Shown here: positions 45,401 through 55,024 of the stretch, piece by piece | Numbering within the stretch: the stretch's first letter is position 1 | How the letters are laid out: every line of letters starts with the position of its first letter | Origin: Bacteroidota bacterium | GTDB taxonomy: Bacteria; Bacteroidota; Bacteroidia; 2-12-FULL-35-15 | Reading direction: 5' to 3' | Length of the DNA stretch: 64,000 bases | NCBI GenBank assembly: GCA_040387415.1 | Contig: JAZKDU010000022.1 | Span: 25,976 to 89,975 of the forward strand | Made by a program: the position numbers and the translations under genes | The notes under the pieces: model-generated | What the model was told of the DNA's origin: nothing | Databases searched by the model: none | What the model saw: the letters and a program-made list of their open reading frames with translations, nothing else

Positions 45401-48400
45401 AAGGTCAGCAGCAGTATTTGCGGATGAAACTTTTGCATACTGCTGCAATTGATTTTCGTTCTGAACATATTCCGCCTTATCAGCTATGGCAATCAGTTTC
45501 GCAGCCTCCATTTTTTTCTTCTGGGCTTGGTCAATTAATTTTTGCGATTCTATTTTGCTTTTTTCCTTGTCTTTTTTCGAATCATTTTTATCTACGGTTT
45601 CAAGTTCAGGAATAATGGACTGTGCCATCAGATCGTCTGCTTCAGCATTTAAAATTACCGCTTTTTCAATTTGTGCTGCAGCTGCAGGGTTGCTGTAATT
45701 GATTTGCTTTACCGAATTAAAATTCCCATCAACATTTGTATTCTCTTCATTTTTATTAGTTGTTGTTACGGCTACAACCGTATTTTGTGATTGAAGTGAA
45801 TCTTTTTTTGAATTTACAGCAACAGGATCACCCGTTACAGTTTTGTTATTGGAAGCAGCCACTGTACCTGCATTTTTATAGATCGCGGCTGATTCTTTTT
45901 GTTTGTTCAATGCAATGATCTCATTTTTATAAGCCTCATCCATCAACATTTTCTTTTGATCAAGCGACCTTGTTGTGTCAGCATTTGCACGAAGTCGTTT
46001 CGATTTTTCAAAATAAATAAAAGATTCGTCATTGATCATATCCGCTTTGGTTACTTCACTTGAAGTAGATCCTTTGTACGTTTTTGCAAACTGATCAAGC
46101 TCCTTTTTATTCGTAGTATATTCGGATGCATTTGCAACAGCAATTAATTGGGAAGCTGCAATATTCTTTTCTTTTGATTGTTCCAGAACATCTTCAGACT
46201 GCTCATTTAACAATGCTTTTGTTTCAGGATTACTTTCATTATCTGCTTTTGATTTTAAGCGTGCTGAATTCATTGCTAATGTATCGGCCTGAACATTCAA
46301 TGTTTTCGCCTTTGTCAACTGTTCAGTTGCTGCCGGATTAGTATATTTAAACTGATTTCCTGCATCAGCGGTTGCTGCTGTATCAGTAACTTTAGAGTTA
46401 TTAAGGGGTGTTATTGCAACAACATTACCATTTTGTTTGTTCGCGGTTTCCGCTTTTGCAAAACTTTGTTCAGACTGCTTACGTTTATCTTTTTTACTCT
46501 TTTCAGACTCATTTATTCTTTTCGCAAGCTGTTTCTTCTGTTTGGCATCGGTTACGGAAGCATAATCTTTTTTCTGCTTTACTATATCAGCATCAAGTGC
46601 ATCTGCCCATTGATTCAACACCACCGCTTTTTCCGTTTCACGTGCACCTTTGTTTGGTATCTCTTTTGCAGCTTCTAAATCCTTCGCGTATTTGGTATTA
46701 ATATCTTTTAATGCCTGCTCAGAAGTAACGGGTTCCACTGCAATTACAACTGCAGAAGCAGTATCGGAAGTGTTGGTGTTGGTGTTAGTATTGGTATTGG
46801 TATTGGTATTGGTATTATTAGCACCTGCAGTATTAGTTGGAGTTAAGGATGCAATACTGCTGGTATTTGCTGAAGTTGTAGTTTTAATTGTATTTATCTG
46901 TTCTTGAAGTTTAATTTTATCAATAGCAGCAGCGTTGGCAGCAGCCGTTTCATTGGTGCTGGTTTTCGACTGATCCACTACGTTATTCACCAATTCGGTT
47001 TCATTTTTGATACCAGCGTATTCCTTTTGCAGCCTTGTTACTTTTGCAATACTTTGTTCAATTTCCTTCTGCTTATCATTATTTTCCTGTTTCAACTCAG
47101 CCATTTGGTTGGTTAATCCTTGCTTCAGCTGATCATTTCTTTCTTTTTCAATATCTTTTTTCAAATTGGATATAATTGTTTCATTATCCGCCAATTCTTG
47201 TTTCATATCAATTGACTCTTGAGTAGCTTTATCCAGTTCCTTCTTTTTGTTCTCTTCTTCCTTTTTGAAACTGTTTAAAATAGGGTAACCGCCAGCATTC
47301 TGCTCTGACAAGATATCCAGCTTTTTTTCCAGTTCATCAAGTTTTGCTAATGCCTCTGTTGGATTTTTTGATTTAACAGCCACTTCCAGCCCTTTTGCAT
47401 ATTGCTGCGATAGATCAGCTTCTTCCTGCTTAGCGGCAGCTGTGGCATCTATTCTTTTCGCAATATTAAACGCTACCACCGTTTCGGTGTTTAATTGCTC
47501 CGCTTCCTTATTAGCGACATTTGCTTTTTCTGTTAAAGCCTGTTTTTGATTATTATCATCTGTTTTAGCTGCAGCGGCCATTAAATCATTGGCTTCCTGA
47601 AGTTTGTTCTTCGCTTGTTCATTTTTTTGATTGGCAAAATTTAATGCAATGTCGGACTGTTCACGCAGTTCTTTTGCTTCAGTTTCTACTTCATCCGCAT
47701 CTTTTTGAGCAATTTTCACAATATCATCATTGCTTAAATTTGCCGGAGGTTTATTGGTAGTGGGTTCAACTTTAGTGGAAGTTGGGTCTTCCGTAGTTCC
47801 CTCATCCTTTACATCCGTTAAAGCAACATCCGTTGACGTTGAAACATTCAATTTTGATTTTTCCTTAATTAAATTAATTGCAAGCAAGTAATTGGAGCCT
47901 TCTGCACCTGGTTCAAAGATATTCTTTATGACCATCTTGTCAGTTACCTCATCATAAATTATTTCCTGCTTTAATGCTCTGAACTCAGTAAGAACAGGAA
48001 CTTCCACTACTTCCGATTGATTAGCAAATCCCGGAGTTTCAACTGTAAACAGGAAACGTCCGCCATTTGGCAGCTTAATTTCATAAGCACCATTTTCAGC
48101 TTTCGAATTGAATATTCCTATAATGGTATTATCGGAGAGATTTTTTATTGTGATCTTAGCATTGACTTCCTGATCTTTCCTGTTTTTTATCAGCATACCA
48201 TTAATCATTGCAAACTCAATAGGTTTGCGCTCTACATTGATATGATAAACGGAAATTTTAGATGCGGCACTTGCACGTCCGGAAGAAAAATAAGCCTTAT
48301 TCTCCTCTTTATCGGATATGTACAAAATATCATCATCAGGAGTATTGATAGGGAAATCCATATTAACGGGTGTTCCCCACTCATTGGTGCTCGCATTAAG

Positions 48401-49276
48401 CGTTGATTTAAAAATATCATAACCGCCAATTGAATTGTGTCCCTTGGAGCAGAAGTATAATGTTTTTCCGTTAGGATGAAGAAATGGAAAATCCTCATCA
48501 TATTTTGTATTGACCGAACTTCCTAGTGCCTGCGGCTTGCCCCACTCTCCGCTAGGAAGCTTTTTCATCTGAAAAATATCTTTTCCATGCTGCTCATTAT
48601 CTCCATAGCTTGAAAAATAAATAACACTGCTGCCTTGAGCTAGGTAAATAATCGACTTTTCCTTTTTCTTTTTATCGAGCGGTGTTCTGAATTCTTTTTC
48701 ATCCGGCTTAACTAATAGTTTCCCGCCAAGCCCTGAAATATCATAGGCTCTAAAGAAATCTTCCCGGCTCATTTCAATTTTTTCAATTACAAGCAGATCC
48801 GAAATGTTTTGCAATAGTTTTTTACCGTTATTACACATTTCTACCTGGCGGTCTACCTGTAAACGTTCGGCTTTAGCTCCTGATGCCATTTTTTTGTAAC
48901 CAAGGTATCTGCCAATGGCATCATCAAAACGATAATTTAAATGATAGGCTTTTGCAAGATAAAAAAATGCTTCTTTATCCACCTCACTCGGGGATTTTAC
49001 AGCAAACTCAAGATAAGGGATGGCTTTTTCTTTATCATCACTGGCGAAAATAATACACACACCCAGGCGATAATTGTAATTTGGATCTTTTCTGTAGAGA
49101 CTAACTAATTGGGTATATAAAGGGTAGGCTTTCTCGTATTCTTCCTCATCAAATAACTTAGCTGCCTGTTTTTTGAATTCTTCTTCCGACCCAAAATCAG
49201 CCTGCGCCATAAGCGTTTGAACGCTTAGACCCAGAAGCAGCAGCAATAAGTAAATAAACCTTAAATGCTTATTCAT
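42476..49276 (-). CDS. Very large periplasmic protein: TPR, PD40 propeller, beta-sandwich, coiled-coil repeats and three SPOR-like domains
   Basis: Signal peptide and N-terminal TPRs. PD40 motifs (VNTKYDEDFPFLHPNGKTLYF, GGYDIF, INTPDDD). Three F/Y-x-VQ-I/V-G-A/V-F...DAFV units at the C-terminus. Confidence 0.85.
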   Translation of the reverse strand: MNKHLRFIYLLLLLLGLSVQTLMAQADFGSEEEFKKQAAKLFDEEEYEKAYPLYTQLVSLYRKDPNYNYRLGVCIIFASDDKEKAIPYLEFAVKSPSEVDKEAFFYLAKAYHLNYRFDDAIGRYLGYKKMASGAKAERLQVDRQVEMCNNGKKLLQNISDLLVIEKIEMSREDFFRAYDISGLGGKLLVKPDEKEFRTPLDKKKKEKSIIYLAQGSSVIYFSSYGDNEQHGKDIFQMKKLPSGEWGKPQALGSSVNTKYDEDFPFLHPNGKTLYFCSKGHNSIGGYDIFKSTLNASTNEWGTPVNMDFPINTPDDDILYISDKEENKAYFSSGRASAASKISVYHINVERKPIEFAMINGMLIKNRKDQEVNAKITIKNLSDNTIIGIFNSKAENGAYEIKLPNGGRFLFTVETPGFANQSEVVEVPVLTEFRALKQEIIYDEVTDKMVIKNIFEPGAEGSNYLLAINLIKEKSKLNVSTSTDVALTDVKDEGTTEDPTSTKVEPTTNKPPANLSNDDIVKIAQKDADEVETEAKELREQSDIALNFANQKNEQAKNKLQEANDLMAAAAKTDDNNQKQALTEKANVANKEAEQLNTETVVAFNIAKRIDATAAAKQEEADLSQQYAKGLEVAVKSKNPTEALAKLDELEKKLDILSEQNAGGYPILNSFKKEEENKKKELDKATQESIDMKQELADNETIISNLKKDIEKERNDQLKQGLTNQMAELKQENNDKQKEIEQSIAKVTRLQKEYAGIKNETELVNNVVDQSKTSTNETAAANAAAIDKIKLQEQINTIKTTTSANTSSIASLTPTNTAGANNTNTNTNTNTNTNTNTSDTASAVVIAVEPVTSEQALKDINTKYAKDLEAAKEIPNKGARETEKAVVLNQWADALDADIVKQKKDYASVTDAKQKKQLAKRINESEKSKKDKRKQSEQSFAKAETANKQNGNVVAITPLNNSKVTDTAATADAGNQFKYTNPAATEQLTKAKTLNVQADTLAMNSARLKSKADNESNPETKALLNEQSEDVLEQSKEKNIAASQLIAVANASEYTTNKKELDQFAKTYKGSTSSEVTKADMINDESFIYFEKSKRLRANADTTRSLDQKKMLMDEAYKNEIIALNKQKESAAIYKNAGTVAASNNKTVTGDPVAVNSKKDSLQSQNTVVAVTTTNKNEENTNVDGNFNSVKQINYSNPAAAAQIEKAVILNAEADDLMAQSIIPELETVDKNDSKKDKEKSKIESQKLIDQAQKKKMEAAKLIAIADKAEYVQNENQLQQYAKVSSANTAADLLKAELLFDESQKYFEKGATQRKNVDKATSYYAKETLLEDAHDNEIIALKKQKESLDLYKQYNPDFTPTTVNAIAATTTDNKTNTAPEVSEKKFGYVNPEASQFMARAIILNDEADILMAQSVIPETTVKTKENKAKSLELVKESQSKRLQAAELIADADNAEYVANKNQVAELAKASETNMAPDLLKAELLNDESQKYFDRGALQRKNAEQATSYFAKETLLEDAHDNELIALKKQKESLDIYKSYNPDNSIASANTTTNSNSNSNTNSNTNSNTNSNTNTNTNTNTNNTNNTNNTNNTTNTDNTASSNTTAVNTSAVNTTANTTGNSNNTSASAGTASGDETVNSTAEKQFDYSSSAAMEQSVKAASLNKQAADITALSLELKTQAVTQSNNDAKNTMYAQSEELIKEAQTKKLEAAQLTAAANATEYASNQNQVNQLAAVSANNTAADLLKAEIMNDEAQRYFDKAKTKRKEAAATNSYYTKETALEEAAKNEMLALEKQKSSLDIYRSYNPDFVAVALNTVASNTNINSVNVSNNTIDEGNTNTPAVNTEVATNTLTKASSGITLAPNELFEQKSVPVYSAKNPIPINQKLPDGLIFKVQIGAFRKAIPQNLFQGMMPVTGETTPKGFIRYTAGVFSKFTTADNVKSKIIEMGYKDAFVVAFLNGKRIPINEAYAMAEGTPATVLQVNNGTNTTTLQNNQTENNSLAVNSTTTNNPAAIAKSQSLTTVTGLFYTVQVGVFSKPVLASKLYSMSPLYTETAPNGYIRYYTGVYKTVGRASEAKDMVVDIGARDAFVTAYYNGKRISLPEAKQYETQGDAVFSTSPVMNKLPTFVANPQRTALVTNPTVDEEQTEDQPKVAVVNPVTEQLKVAAGQNNTMEAESGIIFKVQIGAFNEEVPVEMANKFLKIAGRGIKNYKDNAGLTIYTVGSLKTYNEANALKAEVVAEGLIDAFVVAYRDGDKISVDEAKQIK
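44486..44635 (-). repeat. In-frame microsatellite (AGTATT/GGAATT 6-, 9- and 12-mers) encoding an Asn/Thr/Ser linker
   Basis: Encodes NSNSNSNTNSNTNSNTNSNTNTNTNTNTNNTNNTNNTNN. A second (NT)n tract lies at about 46770-46820. Confidence 0.9.
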
Positions 49277-49379
49277 ATATTAAATTTTCCGCTCAATGCG
49301 GACAATTCGCTTTTTAATTTCCTGATTTAAAACAGGAATTATTTAAATCTTAGTTACACTAAACACTATGTGTAACAGG

Positions 49380-49387
49380 CAAATTTA
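49380..49387 (-). promoter_or_regulatory. -7 element (TAAATTTG) for the PD40/SPOR gene
   Basis: Consensus match about 105 bp upstream of the ATG at 49276. Confidence 0.55.
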
Positions 49388-49512
49388 AGTTTTTTTATTG
49401 ATAGTTTATCATACAAACGAATTAATAAAGCCTTTTATTTAAATATTAGATAAAGATTAAAATATTTGGGGTAAAAAATCGTTTCCGCTTACATCTGCTC
49501 TATATTTGTAAA

Positions 49513-50961
49513 ATGATATTTATGAAACAAATTTTTGGATTATTTTTTTTAACTCTTTTTATTTTTTCATCTTGTAAAAAAGATGAACAGATTGCTGATA
49601 CCTCTGCAAAACCGATATTTTCAACTGATTCAGTTTTATTTGACACCGTTTTTACCACCGTGGGCTCCACCACAAAAACTTTTAAAATATACAACCGGAA
49701 CAACCAGCAAATTAATATTTCCAGATTATTTTTAGCCACCGGCAGCAGTTCACCATTCAGAATAAACGTTGATGGTGTTTCGGGAACATCATTGAATGAT
49801 ATTGAAATTGGCGGTGGTGATAGTTTATTTGTTTTTGTTCAGGTAACTGTTAACCCAACAGGATTGAATTCCCCTTTGTTAATAAGGGATTCCATTGTAT
49901 TTGAAACCAATAATAACAGGCAGCATGTAATGCTTACAGCCATTGGTCAGGATGTGTATCTGCATAAACCTGATCATTTTTCTACCAATGGTTTCCCCCC
50001 TTATTCTATTATCACCTGCAATGATGTTTGGACAAATGATAAGCCACACCTGATATTTGGATATGCAGTGGTGGACGAAGGCTGCACGCTTACCATTCAG
50101 CAGGGTGTACGTGTTCATTTGAATAACAAAGCTGTTTTATGGGTTTATAAAGGCGGAACACTGATAGTAAATGGTATTCATGGAAATGAGGTTACCTTTC
50201 AGGGTGCCCGCCTGGAAGCAGATTATAAAAACGTACCCGGACAATGGGGTAAAATATGGCTTTCTTCCGAAAGTAAAAACAATGTAATTGACTGGGCCAT
50301 TATTAAAAATGGCAGTATTGGCGTACAGGCCGATACCCTTGGAGACCCTGTTAATCCTACCTTACTAATCAGCAATACAATTGTAAAAAACATGTCGGCT
50401 GCTGCAATATACGGGCAAGGGACTCACATCAGGGGATACAACTGTGTTTTTGCAAATTGCGGGCAATACATTGCAGCCCTTACTATTGGTGGAAAATATA
50501 AATTTGAGCACTGCACCTTCGCGAATTACTGGACAGAAGGCTCACGCTCCACACCATTGTTAGCGATGAGTAACTATTATGTGGATGTTAACAGCACCAT
50601 TCAAATACGTGATCTGGACAGTGCTTATTTTGGAAACTGTATTTTGTACGGTGATATGGAAGAAGAAATAGGACTTGATTCATCCACCTTTGGAGGAATA
50701 TTTAATTATAAATTTGATCATTGCTTTATAAAAACAGCGATGAATACTACCGATGGTGCACATTACAATACCGTTTCTCCATATCAAAATGTTGATCCGC
50801 AATTTGTAGATGTTAGTAGTAATAATTACCAACTAAAAGCCACTTCACCCGCAATTGATCAGGCAGGTCCTAGTTCCATCGTGTATGATTTAAATAATCA
50901 ATTTCGTCCAAACGCTAGCACCACATCAATACCCGATATAGGGGCGTATGAATATTATTAG
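49513..50961 (+). CDS. Hypothetical lipoprotein with Ig-like and parallel beta-helix domains
   Basis: Lipobox FSSC-KKD (start possibly 49522), beta-helix-like repeats and C-terminal SPAID...PDIGAYE. Confidence 0.8.
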   Translation: MIFMKQIFGLFFLTLFIFSSCKKDEQIADTSAKPIFSTDSVLFDTVFTTVGSTTKTFKIYNRNNQQINISRLFLATGSSSPFRINVDGVSGTSLNDIEIGGGDSLFVFVQVTVNPTGLNSPLLIRDSIVFETNNNRQHVMLTAIGQDVYLHKPDHFSTNGFPPYSIITCNDVWTNDKPHLIFGYAVVDEGCTLTIQQGVRVHLNNKAVLWVYKGGTLIVNGIHGNEVTFQGARLEADYKNVPGQWGKIWLSSESKNNVIDWAIIKNGSIGVQADTLGDPVNPTLLISNTIVKNMSAAAIYGQGTHIRGYNCVFANCGQYIAALTIGGKYKFEHCTFANYWTEGSRSTPLLAMSNYYVDVNSTIQIRDLDSAYFGNCILYGDMEEEIGLDSSTFGGIFNYKFDHCFIKTAMNTTDGAHYNTVSPYQNVDPQFVDVSSNNYQLKATSPAIDQAGPSSIVYDLNNQFRPNASTTSIPDIGAYEYY

Positions 50962-51005
50962 GTAATGCTTCTTTGACAAACTATTTTGCTACTAAAAAAT
51001 TTTAA

Positions 51006-51659
51006 ATGGACAACCTAAACACATTACCTATATTGGACTCTGTAGAAATACGGGTACTTGGATCTCTTATTGAAAAAAGTAAAACTACTCCGGATTATTA
51101 TCCCATGACCCTGAATGCACTCACTGCTGCATGTAATCAAAAAACATCACGCAATCCGGTAGTTCAGTATGACGAAGAAACGGTTGTAATAGCGTTGAAT
51201 TCGTTAAAAAAAAATGGTTTAATAACCACCGCTACGGGCGGCACCAGCCGCACTGTTAAATACAAACATAATTTCACGCTTGTTTTTCCTCTTACTACTG
51301 CCGAACTGGCTGTAATGTGCTTATTGTTTTTGCGGGGACCACAAACTGCTGGTGAATTAAATACAAATTCAGCCAGGCTGCATGAATTTGAATCATTGGA
51401 AGAAGTGCATACGGTAGTAGATAAACTGGCACAATTGGAACTAGCCTTAGTTCATCAGTTACCTAGGCGTCCCGGACAAAAGGAAGCACGTTATGCTCAA
51501 CTATTGAGCGGTACTATTAATCAGGAAGAAATGGATATGCCTGAAGAACCGGCACGCAAATCAGTAAGTGAGTTGGAAACACGCCTGGCGCTTGTAGAAA
51601 ACGATTTGGCAGAAATGAAAGAAACACTCGCTAAATTAATGAAAGAATTAATGGGGTAA
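51006..51659 (+). CDS. yceH: YceH/DUF480 family protein
   Basis: Motifs RVLGSLIEK..TTPDYYPMTLNAL..ACNQKTSR.PV, LRGPQTAGEL and RPGQKEARY. Confidence 0.9.
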   Translation: MDNLNTLPILDSVEIRVLGSLIEKSKTTPDYYPMTLNALTAACNQKTSRNPVVQYDEETVVIALNSLKKNGLITTATGGTSRTVKYKHNFTLVFPLTTAELAVMCLLFLRGPQTAGELNTNSARLHEFESLEEVHTVVDKLAQLELALVHQLPRRPGQKEARYAQLLSGTINQEEMDMPEEPARKSVSELETRLALVENDLAEMKETLAKLMKELMG

Positions 51660-51669
51660 TTGAAAATAC

Positions 51670-52365
51670 CTAATCGGCTTGAATTGTTAAATCATGCATC
51701 AATTTCACAACATACTCCAGCTGCTGATCACGGGTTAGGTCAGAGTTATCAAGCACAATGGCATCTTTCGCCTGTATTAATGGATTTTCTTTCCGGTGCG
51801 TATCTTCGTGATCGCGACTCAATAAATTAACCTTTACATCATTATAGGAAACGTGCTGCCCCTTGGATTTATATTCATCATATCTTCGCTGCGTGCGGAT
51901 TTCAGTATCGGAAGTCATAAAAATTTTCAATTCAGCATCAGGGAATACGTTAGAACCAATATCCCTTCCATCCATTACAATCCCTTTGTTTTTACCTAAC
52001 TCACGCTGAATAGCAATCATGTGCACACGTACATCATGAATTGCACTTACCCTGCTAACATTTTCTGAAACAATCATCTGGCGGATTTCCTTTTCCACAT
52101 TTTCACCATTCAAAAAAGTATCAGAAGCCTTTGTTTGCGGGTTGAATATAAAGGAAAGTTTAATTTCAGGAAGCAATTTTATAATTTCTTCTGCCATAAA
52201 ACTGTGATCCTTAATAACTCCTTTTCTTAGTGCGTAAAGGGTTACACAACGATACATGGCTCCGGAATCTACGTAAGCATAATGAAGATGTGAAGCCAAC
52301 GCCTTTGCGAGAGTGCTTTTTCCGCAGGATGAATAACCATCTATAGCTATGGTAATTTTAGACAT
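51670..52365 (-). CDS. cmk: Cytidylate kinase
   Basis: Motifs IAIDGYSSCGKST, DSGAMYR and VMDGRDIG..VFPDAELKIF. Confidence 0.96.
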   Translation of the reverse strand: MSKITIAIDGYSSCGKSTLAKALASHLHYAYVDSGAMYRCVTLYALRKGVIKDHSFMAEEIIKLLPEIKLSFIFNPQTKASDTFLNGENVEKEIRQMIVSENVSRVSAIHDVRVHMIAIQRELGKNKGIVMDGRDIGSNVFPDAELKIFMTSDTEIRTQRRYDEYKSKGQHVSYNDVKVNLLSRDHEDTHRKENPLIQAKDAIVLDNSDLTRDQQLEYVVKLMHDLTIQAD

Positions 52366-52457
52366 TTACAATTCAGTAAAATTTAACAATCAAAAAAACG
52401 GGTGTTTTAACCGGCTCAATATCGTAAATATTCGGTATTCTACCACCAAGATAATAC

Positions 52458-53516
52458 TTATTTTTTTGAATAAAAACTATTTAGGTCGAAACTAATTGAA
52501 AAGTTATTGGATGCTCCGGCTAAATGATACACTGCACGGCCATAGCTGAATTGGAATTTATAGATGCGGAAACCGAAACCAAATGAAAAACCTGCTGATC
52601 CACGCTTTTCCGGTATCTTAAGCTCTTTGCGGTGCTGATAATTGTAACCTGCGCGTAGAAAAAAACTTTTTGTGAGCATAAACTCCCCTCCTATCACCAG
52701 GTGACGCATTAATTTATCACCCAATATTTTACTTTTATTTTGTTTAATGGCCTCTCCAGTAAGCGGATCAACCGTTAGTATTGGATTAGCAGGGTCTTCA
52801 TAGGTAAGGTCCCACTTTTCAAGGTTTTCATAAACTACCGATAAACGGAAAGGAACATGTTTTAGTTTTTTAGAAAAACCAATCTGCACTTCAAAAGGGA
52901 GTTTTTCCCTGTTTCCCGGAAAGTATGGTTTCCATTGACGGCCGGCATTTTTAATAACTGCCGCAACTGCAAAGCCCCGTGCCGGACGTGCATAAATGGC
53001 ACCCAAATCAAGCGCTGATCCCCAGGATGTATAGGAATCCAGATGCGAATAAATGGTTTTTAGGGTTGCCCCTACTGTTAAGTTGGAATCAAGTATAGAA
53101 CGGGCATAGGAAAGATTTAAGCTCATTTCATTTGCCCCAAAAGTACCATCTGTATTGCCTACTTCATCCGCGCGGATAAATTTACCGTAATTGAGGTAAT
53201 GTATACCCCCGCTAAAAATCCCCAGCTTTTCAATTTTTTTAGCATACGCAACATAACCATAATTTACATCTCCGAAATAATTAACATAACTAAGTGCCAC
53301 GTTATTAGACATTGTATCGGTTAGTAAAGCAGGATTAACAAGCGCAACATTCAAATCATTATCGCGCGTTGAAATAAGGTTACCACCCAAAGCAGTAACC
53401 CTTGCGGAGATAGGCAGGTTTAAAAATTCATAGGTATTATTACCACCCAGCTGAGAAAACGCGGGAATGCTTATAATTGCTGTTAAAGAAAGAAATAGTA
53501 GTTTTCTTACATTCAT
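52458..53516 (-). CDS. porQ: Type IX secretion system protein PorQ
   Basis: Signal peptide; motifs YEFLNLPISARVTALGG, NPALL, PFRLS, RHLVIGGE and GYNYQHRKEL. Adjacent to cmk, as commonly seen in Bacteroidota. Confidence 0.85.
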   Translation of the reverse strand: MNVRKLLFLSLTAIISIPAFSQLGGNNTYEFLNLPISARVTALGGNLISTRDNDLNVALVNPALLTDTMSNNVALSYVNYFGDVNYGYVAYAKKIEKLGIFSGGIHYLNYGKFIRADEVGNTDGTFGANEMSLNLSYARSILDSNLTVGATLKTIYSHLDSYTSWGSALDLGAIYARPARGFAVAAVIKNAGRQWKPYFPGNREKLPFEVQIGFSKKLKHVPFRLSVVYENLEKWDLTYEDPANPILTVDPLTGEAIKQNKSKILGDKLMRHLVIGGEFMLTKSFFLRAGYNYQHRKELKIPEKRGSAGFSFGFGFRIYKFQFSYGRAVYHLAGASNNFSISFDLNSFYSKK

Positions 53517-53766
53517 TGCTACAAAGTAAATAAAAATATTCGTGTTACCAACGTTGTTATATATGAATTATTGTGCCTGCGAAAATGAATTACTGTCTGT
53601 TATTAAAATTCCACACCAGGTACTCCTCAAATTTTAAAAATTTACTATAAATAGAAGGGCTGCCAGCACTTATTATAATTTCATTCCTTCAAAAAACATC
53701 AAAAATCATATTTAGCCCGTTATCCCATACAATTTTATTAGTTTTGCATTTTACAAATCCATTTTT

Positions 53767-54960
53767 ATGAGTAAATTATCTGATCGAATAAATAATTTAG
53801 CTGAGTCGCAAACGCTGGCAATGGCAAAAAAAAGCCGTGATCTGCAAGCTCAGGGAAGAAACATTATCAGCCTTAGTATTGGTGAACCTGATTTTGACAC
53901 TCCGGAGTTTATAAAAGATGCTGCAAAACGTGCCATTGATAGTAATATCACCCGCTATACTCCTGTTGCCGGACTTCCTGAATTACGTAAAGCCATTTCC
54001 GAAAAATTTAAACGGGATAATGATTTAAACTATAGTCCTGAACAAATCATCGTATCAACAGGTGCTAAGCAATCCATCGCCAATATTATCCTGAGTATGG
54101 TTAATCCTGGTGAAGAGGTTATTGTTCCTATGCCATACTGGGTAAGCTATATTGAAACAATTAAACTGGCAGAAGGTGTACCGGTAACAATACCAACCAC
54201 GGTAGATTCAAATTTTAAAATCAGCCCGGAACAGTTAAAAAACGCCATTACGCCTAAAACAAAAATGATTGTGTTCAGTACCCCTTGTAATCCAAGTGGT
54301 TCGGTATATAAAAAAGATGAATTGAGGGCCTTAGCGGAAGTAATTGTTCAGTTTCCTGATGTTTACGTTGTTTCCGATGAAATTTACGAATACATCAACT
54401 TTATTGGCAAACATGAAAGTATTGCCCAGTTTGATTTTATAAACGACCGCGTTATTACTGTTAATGGTGTTTCTAAAGGCTTTGCCATGACCGGATGGCG
54501 CATTGGTTATATTGGTGCACCACTGTGGATTGCCCAGGCTTGTGAAAAAATGCAGGGACAGTTTACCTCTGGTACTTCTTCTATTTCTCAAATGTCGGCT
54601 TTGGAAGCTATAAAAGCGAATCCATCCGTTACGTTTGAAATGCGCGATGCATTTAAAAAACGCAGAGACCTTGTGTTAGGCTTGTTACAGGAAATACCTG
54701 GCGTTAAATTAAATGTACCTGACGGTGCGTTCTATGTATTTCCGGATATATCCTATTATTTTGGAAAATCATACAAAGATTACCATATAAAAAATTCAAA
54801 TGACCTAAGTATGTTTTTGCTGGAAGAAGGCAATATTGCGCTTGTTTCAGGTGATGCATTCGGGGATGATAACTGTATGCGCTTTTCGTATGCCACTTCT
54901 GAAGACAGGTTAATTGATGCTGTAAAAAGGATAAAAGACGCATTGGCAAAACTTAATTAG
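53767..54960 (+). CDS. PLP-dependent class I aminotransferase (aspartate aminotransferase-like)
   Basis: Motifs GEPDFDTP, GAKQS, PCNPSG, SDEIYE and SKGFAMTGWRIG. Confidence 0.93.
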   Translation: MSKLSDRINNLAESQTLAMAKKSRDLQAQGRNIISLSIGEPDFDTPEFIKDAAKRAIDSNITRYTPVAGLPELRKAISEKFKRDNDLNYSPEQIIVSTGAKQSIANIILSMVNPGEEVIVPMPYWVSYIETIKLAEGVPVTIPTTVDSNFKISPEQLKNAITPKTKMIVFSTPCNPSGSVYKKDELRALAEVIVQFPDVYVVSDEIYEYINFIGKHESIAQFDFINDRVITVNGVSKGFAMTGWRIGYIGAPLWIAQACEKMQGQFTSGTSSISQMSALEAIKANPSVTFEMRDAFKKRRDLVLGLLQEIPGVKLNVPDGAFYVFPDISYYFGKSYKDYHIKNSNDLSMFLLEEGNIALVSGDAFGDDNCMRFSYATSEDRLIDAVKRIKDALAKLN

Positions 54961-55024
54961 TTGAAAGTTTAGAATTTAGAGTTATAGTTAAAAATTTAGA
55001 GTTTAGATTGTGCCAAGTAATACA

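Noticed and set aside
44660-45700. Diversity-generating retroelement TR/VR pair among the similar repeats
   Set aside because: Both copies are in-frame parts of one ORF, the differences are largely synonymous and not adenine-specific, and there is no reverse transcriptase in the window.
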